From the IMG/VR virus record IMGVR_UViG_2595698618_000001, positions 15,136 to 79,135 of that record: a stretch of DNA of 64,000 nt. One strand, written 5' to 3'. Both the position numbers and the translations under genes were made by a program. Below the pieces are notes generated by a model, which had not been told where the DNA came from, searched no databases, and saw nothing but the letters and a program-made list of their open reading frames with translations. Origin of the DNA: a virus (lineage: Duplodnaviria > Heunggongvirae > Uroviricota > Caudoviricetes). Shown piece by piece: positions 56,590 to 64,000 of this stretch (its first letter is position 1; each line of letters opens with the position of its first letter).

Positions 56590-57981
56590 CTATTCTGCCT
56601 TGATGGAGAGGAACGGCTTGACTCTATCGACCACTTCGACCGATTCTCCGAGCGCGGCTTCGATTTGTTCAGCAGGCTTGTACGCACCGGGAATCTCGTC
56701 CATCGGCTTCTTCGACATATACACGTCGCCAATCTGTTCCTCGAAATCGTCAGCGTCGAACTTGTCGTGAGCCGCAGTACGCGACATAGCCCGACCAGCA
56801 CCGTGTGCAGACGAGTTATTCCACGAGTCCTTCCCACGCCCTCGGCAGAGGAGCGTTCCGTAAGACATATTCAGAGGCACGACAAGGCGCTCTCCATCGT
56901 GGGCACGGCACGCGCCCTTACGCACAGTCGCGTCCTGAAAGTCGATGTAGTTGTGGACGGACTCAACCTCATCCTCCCACCAGACGGGGACTTCCTCGTT
57001 AGCCTCGCCATCTTCGCCCAAGATAGAACGAACTGCATCGAGGACTGCGACAGCCATCTGCTTGCGCGAGACGCTGGCGTAAGTCTGAGCAAACACCATA
57101 TCCTTGATGTAGCCGTGCGCTTCCTCTCCTTCGAGGTAGTCCAAGTCCGTGTTGCGACCGGATTCAGCGTTCTTCGTCTCCTGAATGAATTGAGACAGTT
57201 CGTTGAACTTCTCCTGAATTGCCTCTCCCTCGAAGTCTGCGCGAATCTTATCCGACTTCGGCTTCCAGTCTTCACCGAGATATGGCTCGATGGAATCAGG
57301 AATCTCCGTCTCAAGCGCACGCTCGTTCATCCTATCGGTGGCTACATCCTGCCAATACTGGGCAATCTGAGCGCCGATGCCACGAGAGCCGGAGTGAATA
57401 ATCACCCAAACGTCGCCCGTCTGCTCCGAGCGACCAAACTCGATGAAGTGGTTGCCTCCACCGAGTGTACCGACGCTGTTGATAGCGCGGCCTTGGTCGT
57501 ACCCTACGCGCTTGCACACGTTCTTGAAGTAGTCGAGGCCGTACACGTCTTCGGGGTCTTCCTCGATAGCGAACTGCGTCTGCTCCGTGAACTCGTCCAG
57601 TTTGTAGACACACTCACGCCACGGGAAGTCGTTGCCCATATGGAAGCCGTTTCTTCCGTGAACGTCGAATCCCATTGGAATACGCTCGCGCACAGCAGAG
57701 TCGAGTTCCTCAAGCGAATCGAAGTCAACGTCCCCGAGTTTGATAGCGAACATTCCGCAACCAATGTCCACGCCAATCGTGTTTGGAACAATCCGATTCT
57801 TGACAGGCATCGTGAAACCGATAACCGCTCCTGCTCCCCAATGGGTGTCAGGCATAATCGCAACGTCGCCCTCACCCTCGAACGCAGGGTGGTCCACCAT
57901 CTCCTGAATCTGGTCTTTAGCCTCCGACTCGACGGAATCAATCTTTACGTCAGCCGTGTTGTAATCGCCTTCAATCTTCAT
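56590..57981 (-). CDS. rtcB: RtcB 3'-phosphate/5'-OH RNA ligase
   Basis: MPDTH.G.G; IGVDIGCGM; GTLGGGNHFIE; HSGSRG; HNY; RKGA; HGAGRAMSR; DEIPGAYKP; start MKIEG at 57981. Confidence 0.97.
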   Translation of the reverse strand: MKIEGDYNTADVKIDSVESEAKDQIQEMVDHPAFEGEGDVAIMPDTHWGAGAVIGFTMPVKNRIVPNTIGVDIGCGMFAIKLGDVDFDSLEELDSAVRERIPMGFDVHGRNGFHMGNDFPWRECVYKLDEFTEQTQFAIEEDPEDVYGLDYFKNVCKRVGYDQGRAINSVGTLGGGNHFIEFGRSEQTGDVWVIIHSGSRGIGAQIAQYWQDVATDRMNERALETEIPDSIEPYLGEDWKPKSDKIRADFEGEAIQEKFNELSQFIQETKNAESGRNTDLDYLEGEEAHGYIKDMVFAQTYASVSRKQMAVAVLDAVRSILGEDGEANEEVPVWWEDEVESVHNYIDFQDATVRKGACRAHDGERLVVPLNMSYGTLLCRGRGKDSWNNSSAHGAGRAMSRTAAHDKFDADDFEEQIGDVYMSKKPMDEIPGAYKPAEQIEAALGESVEVVDRVKPFLSIKAE

Positions 57982-58099
57982 ACTCGAAAGAAGGGGCCAC
58001 AACGTTATAAACGTTGCGGTTAAGCCGAACTCAATCGGAACCAACGGGTTCCGACAGTAACGCTACTCGTTACTGCTAACCGGCGGTTGAGGTTGAAAA

Positions 58100-58462
58100 T
58101 TAGAGTTGTTCAACGTACAGCGGTTTCCCGCTATCAATCGCCTTCCGCAACGTATCCGCACTACCATCACTATTACCATCCCATATTACGACAATCACAT
58201 CAGCCGACTCCACCATATCGGTGTTACGCTTCGGTCCAGCCGCAGGACCCCACTTCTCCCACAGCGGCTCGTGGATTTCCGTATCCAATTCCATTTCCTC
58301 GGCTAACTGTTTGGCGAACGTATCGACACCATCAGCACCTCCCGTGATTACTTTATTAACACCAGATGCGCCGCTCTTAAACCACGGGCTTCTGAGAATT
58401 GCATCACGGACTTCACTTCGCTTTGTTTCAAGCGAGCGACTCCCTGCAATTAATACGTCCAT
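58100..58462 (-). CDS. SLOG family (YspA/DUF2493-like) protein
   Basis: VLIAGSR; ITGGADGVD; AAGPKRN..MV; IWDG.S.GS. Confidence 0.8.
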   Translation of the reverse strand: MDVLIAGSRSLETKRSEVRDAILRSPWFKSGASGVNKVITGGADGVDTFAKQLAEEMELDTEIHEPLWEKWGPAAGPKRNTDMVESADVIVVIWDGNSDGSADTLRKAIDSGKPLYVEQL

Positions 58463-58566
58463 TATCCTGTAATTTCTTCGGGATGTTCCTCGGCTAAGTG
58501 CGAGCCAATGTTCTCTGCAAGTGTTGTACCATAGTCACAGCCGTCCACATTACAAGTAAATCTCAT
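58462..58566 (-). CDS. 34-aa C2H2 zinc-finger microprotein
   Basis: MRFTCNVDGCDYGTTLAENIGSHLAEEHPEEITG; promoter at ~58590-58605. Confidence 0.7.
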   Translation of the reverse strand: MRFTCNVDGCDYGTTLAENIGSHLAEEHPEEITG

Positions 58567-58606
58567 ACACTTATGTATTCGGCTTCGTGGTATTTAAGTC
58601 TTGCGA

Positions 58607-59257
58607 TTATAGAAGTTGCTCCAACTCGTCGTCGCTGATTGTACGCAAGTCAGGGAACTTCTCCACTAATTCTTCGGCAGGATTCCACACAGCGGGGTGG
58701 CCGAGAATTGGCTTACTTGCGACATAATCCGACATATGAAGAATCTGCTCCCAATCAGTTTCAGGATTCTTGCCTTCAGCCCACGCTCCGTTATGTGCGT
58801 GAATTGCTCCATAGACTTGCCTCGGCGCTCCACCAAGGACACGAGCCACGTCACTCCCGATAACGTCGTGGTTCTGCACAGTATGCTCATTCCTCTCTGA
58901 AGGCCAACCGTATTTAAGCATATCGTGAATTAGCGCCGCACTCTTACCAGCCTCTCGGTCGAACTCTGTGATAAGCCCTTGCTCTAAGTATGAACGACTT
59001 AGGACGAGATACGTGATGAAGACACGCTTCGTGTGGAGCCAATTGCCGAACTGCCCGGTTTCGTCTTTAGCGTGATACTTGCCCGTTGAAGAAGATGGTC
59101 GATTCCAGAAATGGTCAGGACACCCCTTCAAGAACGTCTGTTCTGTAACTTCTTGTAATTCCGGGTCAAGAATAGTGCCAACTTCGGGGAGTAGTCGGTA
59201 CAACTCCTCCTCTGACAAGTTATTCTTCACTCGGTTGATTCTCTCTACTTTCTCCAT
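58607..59257 (-). CDS. HD-domain phosphohydrolase
   Basis: SSTGKYH...HTKRV; AALIHDMLKYG; H...G; IHAHNGAW; LHMSDY. Confidence 0.8.
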   Translation of the reverse strand: MEKVERINRVKNNLSEEELYRLLPEVGTILDPELQEVTEQTFLKGCPDHFWNRPSSSTGKYHAKDETGQFGNWLHTKRVFITYLVLSRSYLEQGLITEFDREAGKSAALIHDMLKYGWPSERNEHTVQNHDVIGSDVARVLGGAPRQVYGAIHAHNGAWAEGKNPETDWEQILHMSDYVASKPILGHPAVWNPAEELVEKFPDLRTISDDELEQLL

Positions 59258-59289
59258 AAGCGAGTATACGCACTCCGACTATATAAGAC

Positions 59290-59400
59290 TTACGTTCCGA
59301 GCCACATACTGAATAGTACGAACAGCGTCAGGAGTAAGCCGATATACGGATGTGCGATAAATCCAATGATTAGTACGCCGATTGTAATCCATAGTAGCAT
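59290..59400 (-). CDS. 36-aa membrane microprotein
   Basis: MLLWITIGVLIIGFIAHPYIGLLLTLFVLFSMWLGT. Confidence 0.55.
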   Translation of the reverse strand: MLLWITIGVLIIGFIAHPYIGLLLTLFVLFSMWLGT

Positions 59401-59401
59401 C

Positions 59402-59869
59402 TTACGTCGTGTCGTTGAATGTGATTCCATTTGTAGCGTTCCCTCCTTCAACTCCGTTGTCGTCTCTGCCTTGCCAGAGCGCCTCTCGTGCGAGTCTGTT
59501 GGCAGTCTTGTTCTGTTCAGTCGTACTACGCTCCTCCCATTCTAACTCCCATTCCTCGAACTCGAATAACTTCCTGAGAGCGAGTCTCCGGTACTCAAAC
59601 CACTTGTCATCGTACATATCGTCAGGGTCACGGATTTTGTCAACGAGCGGTTGACAATCGACTACAACGCGAATCGTATCATCATAAGCCGTGACTTGCT
59701 CTTGGGCAACTTCGAGTCCTTGCATCAAACCGTGCCACTCCGCCTCCATTGAGGTGTAGTCTCCCTCGACGTAGTGCTTCCCTTCGATTCGGCCTCCCGT
59801 CTTTAAGTTGATAACGTACCCGAGGCCGAAAACTCCTTCTCCTTTAGAGGCGTCCGTGTATAGTTTCAT
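59402..59869 (-). CDS. RNase HI-like nuclease
   Basis: LYTDAS; EAEWHGL..GLE; VDCQPLV; NKTANRLAREA (last catalytic Asp appears as Asn). Confidence 0.8.
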   Translation of the reverse strand: MKLYTDASKGEGVFGLGYVINLKTGGRIEGKHYVEGDYTSMEAEWHGLMQGLEVAQEQVTAYDDTIRVVVDCQPLVDKIRDPDDMYDDKWFEYRRLALRKLFEFEEWELEWEERSTTEQNKTANRLAREALWQGRDDNGVEGGNATNGITFNDTT

Positions 59870-60101
59870 ACCTCCTCCGTGAGTGGAAGGTTATCGTGTG
59901 CGACCATTTCGAGTCTGTCTTTATATAGGTATCCTTTAGAGCCAGTTCCGCTACGGCATTCAGGGCATCGAGTGCGGTATCGCTTTTCGATAAGGACTGC
60001 ACCCTGTGCAGTAGCGATAACGTCGAAACTGCCAGTATACTTGAATGAGTCTTCATCGACCTCATCGACCGTATACTTGTGTGAGTCCCATTGCGTACAC
60101 T

Positions 60102-60443
60102 TCATCCGAATACCACCTCTGGATGTTGCTCGTATTCGACTACGTGAACGTGATAGTGATTGGGGACGTGAGCCATAATTTCGCGTAGCGTATGCTCTCC
60201 GCAGATTGCTGACACGATTTCCTTAATATGCTCGCGTTCCTCGTCAGTAGGTTCTGTCGTGTGTCGCTTGAGGACGACCATAGGTTCGCCGTTGGGTTTA
60301 TTAATAAGTAGGCAAGTGTCGTCCTCGTGGAACCAGCGCGTCTTCTTGTCAGGTTTGGGACAGAACGCGCATTGTGTTTCCTCGTTGGGTAGATTCTCTC
60401 TTGCTGGCATTCGCGCCGAGCCGGGGATATTTCTCCTTGGCAT
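60102..60443 (-). CDS. HIT-like nucleotide hydrolase
   Basis: CAFC...; VVLKRH; VPNHYHVHV. Confidence 0.65.
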   Translation of the reverse strand: MPRRNIPGSARMPARENLPNEETQCAFCPKPDKKTRWFHEDDTCLLINKPNGEPMVVLKRHTTEPTDEEREHIKEIVSAICGEHTLREIMAHVPNHYHVHVVEYEQHPEVVFG

Positions 60444-60615
60444 ACCCTAATGTAGAGCATACATATACTTAAGGCTATCGGATTTTGGTTTCCGAAAAAC
60501 GAAAGGGAGAAAGGGAGAGTGGAGCGAGGGCAAGCACGTCACACGAGCAAAGTGAGGCTACCGGATGCCGCTTTGTTGCACCAGACCGAGACTGGAATAA
60601 ATTGGCTGTTAATTC

Positions 60616-60716
60616 AACTACGAGGGAGCCACCCAAGGAAGGACTCGAACCTTCATTCTTTAGAGTTACAGTCTAATGTTGTACCTTGAAGTAACGGTCA
60701 GCCTTCGTCTCGCGTT
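60616..60716 (-). ncRNA. YrlA-like Y RNA candidate #3 with tRNA-like domain
   Basis: 5' stem strand GCGAGACGAAGG; UUACUUCAA; arm UUAGA-cuGUAac-UCUAA; T-arm GAAGG-UUCGAGU-CCUUC; own promoter at ~60735-60755. Confidence 0.65.
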
Positions 60717-60766
60717 CAAGTGTACCTATGCACTCCTACTACTTAAATCTTTCGATTTACATTTCG

Positions 60767-61965
60767 TTAATAGTTCTTCACATTATCGTAAGAATACCCA
60801 CCAAGCACGAGCATAAATCCGATTAAGGCATCATCAAAATCAATCCTCGGGTGGTCGTATGCTTCAGCCAAGACGCGCTTATAATAATCGTGCATTTCGC
60901 TTGAAGAATACTGTGTCAAACCCCTCGGACCACTCCAACCCATCGCCTTCTTAAACGACCTATCCGCCTTCTTAAAGGCACGTAAGTAATCGAAAAACTT
61001 GTCATCGTCATACTCGATAGGATTCTCACGAGCGAAATCGAGGAGCGAACTACTCATCGTCCAACACCACCGTCGCTCTACTCGGGACATACACATCCTC
61101 GATATGCTCCACCTCTGCCAGCAGGCGACGACGCGCTTCTCCGAGAGCCTCTGCATTCGTCCGACCCTCACTTGGCGACAGGCTGAACCCATCGACCATT
61201 ACTGACTTGAGGACCGCACCCGAATCACCACGCTCGTTGAAGACAAACGTGTAGTGCGAGTTATCACGAATCGTCTCGATGTAATGTTGACTATCCTCCG
61301 AGTCGTAGTTCGTCACAGTCACAGACGCCCCTCCTGATAATCCCTGTGCGCCCGCTCAAGCGATTCCTCAGCACGATTCGGGAAGGTAGACTGATAAATC
61401 AGCCCAACCTCGAAATCCGAAACTTCAAGAATAAACTTCTCCCACTCGGAAGGAAACGTCTCCTTATTCCGAGATAGACGAACGACAAGCGTAACCGCAA
61501 CGTCCGTCATTCGATTTAGTTCATTCTGACTACGCACATCAGCGTACTCGTCTTCATCCACGACTTCCGAAATTCGTGCTTGCGTCTTCTGGTACAGTTC
61601 CTCAGCCTCGGCTTCGGTCAGGCTGGTTCGCTCAACTAACTCCGGCAGTAATTCACTCATACTTCCACCTACGTGCTATCCTTACTTAACTGTTTCCATT
61701 GTTCGTCTACAATCGCAAGTTGGGCGACTATATAAAGCGTTCGATAATCATCCTTCCGCCACGACTCAATCATCATATCCTTATACTCATCCCACTCGCA
61801 GAATGGTCTATTAGCGATTGTGGATTCATCCTGCCCGTGTGGATTCCAGAAGTCTGCATCTTCCGACACACCGAAAATGCGCTCCTTATATCGAGACGGA
61901 AGCGGCCATTCCCGAAGCGTAACGTGTTCCATTCTGCTCAGGCCCATTCTGGAACCTCGTACCAC
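60767..61965 (-). other. Small hypothetical ORFs (~60767.., 61050..61322, 61319..61660, 61669..)
   Basis: Acidic ORFs; no family recognised. Confidence 0.4.
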
Positions 61966-62444
61966 TCAAACCAATCCTGCGGTTCCTTAACCGCGAGGTA
62001 ATATTCACGATACGCTTCCTCTACACTCAAATCTGGACGACTTGGCTCAAAGTCACCAAGACACTTTGGCCGAGCGGTACGCCCGATATTCGGCATAGCC
62101 AAGCCGACAGGACGCTCAGGAATCTCTGCAAACTTACGCATCGACTTATGCTCCGCGAGGTCTGGATTATCAAGAACATCCTCGTAGGGGACGCCGTACC
62201 GAACCTCGTGGAGAGCGCCAGCGTAATCTCGAAGCAGGAGCCAGTTGTCGAATGAGTCACCAGCCCACAGCGTCATTGGATGATTCTTGTGCGTAGCACG
62301 GTATGGCGACAACTCCGACAAGCCGTGCCTGTGCAGAGCAGAACACGCCATCTGCGTAGCCTCCAATATAAGTTTAGTCTGGTGCTTAGTCGCGTGATTC
62401 CGTGCCGCTTGCTTCAAGTCTGAATCGAGCCACATACAGTTCAT
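61938..62444 (-). CDS. Pyrimidine-dimer DNA glycosylase (T4 EndoV superfamily)-like protein
   Basis: MNCMWLD.D...A..H..KH..KLILEATQM; YRATHKNHPMTLWA; EAYREYY. Confidence 0.75.
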   Translation of the reverse strand: MNCMWLDSDLKQAARNHATKHQTKLILEATQMACSALHRHGLSELSPYRATHKNHPMTLWAGDSFDNWLLLRDYAGALHEVRYGVPYEDVLDNPDLAEHKSMRKFAEIPERPVGLAMPNIGRTARPKCLGDFEPSRPDLSVEEAYREYYLAVKEPQDWFEWYEVPEWA

Positions 62445-62673
62445 ACTTATTGTAGCACCTCCGCCGTATTATACGTTCTGGTAAACGTATACTCCCTGTC
62501 AACATCGAGAACGTCATACTGTGCCTCAACCACAAGGTATTCAAGACTATCCAGAATCAAGTCTTCATCACCCTTCTCATATGCCGACTTGAGTGAGAGG
62601 ATTCCAATCAGGAACTTGTTGGATGCTTCTGGCCGCTCCGTCTCCGTATCCTCCCAAATTGTATTAAGTCCCT

Positions 62674-63967
62674 TCATACATCCTCCGTGAACCACCCGTA
62701 GAGGAAGTAGAATCCGACCACACTTGCAAGCAGGAATGGGACTGCGACTAACGCGATTAGCGTCTTGCCTGTCGCAATCATCGCTCCTGCGAATAGCAGG
62801 GACAGCCCAATTCCGAATAGGCAAGCGATTAGGCCGAATAGGGCGCTACTGAAGATTAGGGTTCCAGTAGAAACCACTTTCATCAGTCCTCCGTGTGAAG
62901 TATTTCATATGTCGAATCAAGTCTCCTGCCTCTCCCTCGACGCCCGAGTGGAGCGCAAGTTCACAGATAGCGTGAGACATTTCGTTATACTCGTCACGAT
63001 TCACGCTCACAACAATTGGGACAAGGCCCTCTCGGAACACTTGTCGCTCAATCTGACTGCGAATCTCGATTGCTCTCTCAGTCCCAAGGTTGCGTAGTGC
63101 AACTTCGAGGAGTCCATACTGCATCGGGTCGAGGGGTATGTCGTACAATTCCTTACTCATACTTCTTCATAGGACGCGAGTTCCCTTAAGTCTTCCTCTC
63201 CGCGATAGTCGATGGTCATTCCATTATGCTTTAAATCCGTAATGTCGTCAAACATTACACCTTCGAGCAGACCCTCGACTGTATCCGAGAGTCCGAGAAT
63301 TACCCACGGGAGCGGGTCTTCGCCATCGAGCGACTTGGCAAACTTCTCCCAAATGAAGGTCCTGTCTGCCATCATCGACACGGCGAGAGTCTTCGTCTCG
63401 TGAGTGTTGAGTTTGCGGAAGACGAGTAGTACGTCTTCTGCTTCGGCGCAGTTCTCGCAATCCTCGTCCGAGGAGGATAGCGGCGCTCCGCACATCTCGC
63501 ACTCGGCTAACGCTGTGAAACTGAATCCTGCCATAATAGAGTGTACGGGCTACGACTACTTAAACCTATTCGTCGTAGTATCCAGTAATCAGAAGAATCT
63601 GATGCCCGTGCTTGCGTGCAGTTTCTTCATCGCCTTCCTTCAAGGCTTCGTGAATCTTCTGCATATGCTTTTCGACCTGTGCCTCGATACGCTTGTTCGC
63701 CATACGTTAATGAACGTTGGCTACGTATAAAAAGGTTTCGGTTTACTCTGCCGCGAGAGCCACGTCAGCCTCAACGTCAACGTCAAAGCCAACCGACTCG
63801 AAGAACTCCTTGGCCTCACCAAAGGAGTCAACGTCGATAGCCCACGCATACTCGTCCGGGTCCCACGAGGAGTGGCACTCGAAATCGTCCGAGAAGTCGA
63901 AATCGGGCGTGTCAGTATCATCATCGAGTTCGTCGTAATTGACACCATCTCCCGCACTCCACGGCAT
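62674..63967 (-). other. Hypothetical ORFs (62674..62883 membrane; 62846..63160; 63157..63534 Zn-ribbon; 63743..63967 acidic)
   Basis: Coupled ORFs with promoters at ~63555-63570 and ~63720-63740. Confidence 0.45.
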
Positions 63968-64000
63968 ATACTTGATATACTGCTTCGCCTCAAAAGGCGA

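Noticed and set aside
60627-60700. Ordinary second tRNA-Tyr(GTA)
   Set aside because: No 7-bp acceptor or D-stem; better explained as a YrlA-like RNA or a pseudogene.

Overview
This is a 64-kb slice of a large head-tail virus of halophilic archaea with a contractile (myovirus-type) tail. Support: acidic proteome, archaeal BRE/TATA promoters before most transcription units, and archaeal-type tRNAs; gene content resembles the tRNA-rich HGTV-1-like haloviruses (inference). Bases 1-16.5 kb (+ strand) hold the tail sheath, tube, frameshifted chaperone, tape measure, baseplate and a variable adhesin/fibre block. Bases 16.5-64 kb (mostly - strand) hold replication/repair genes (PolB, NucS, Hjc-like, RNase H, helicase-like ATPase) and nucleotide-supply genes (CarA, Dcd, NrdJ, Tmk, ThyX). 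They also hold 37 tRNA/tRNA-like genes that nominally cover all 20 amino acids, three of them with introns or insertions, and five free-standing homing endonucleases. The main discovery candidate is a viral RNA-repair/surveillance system: Ro60/TROVE, RtcB and an RlaP-like nucleotidyltransferase, plus three unannotated Y-RNA-like ncRNAs. Two of these have a bulged-C helix with compensatory changes; the third is YrlA-like, with a GACGAAGG motif and a tRNA-like domain. Several other promoter-driven or tRNA-co-transcribed structured RNAs are unexplained, including a related 260-nt/135-nt pair. All calls were made by eye with no searches run, and coordinates may be off by a few nt.
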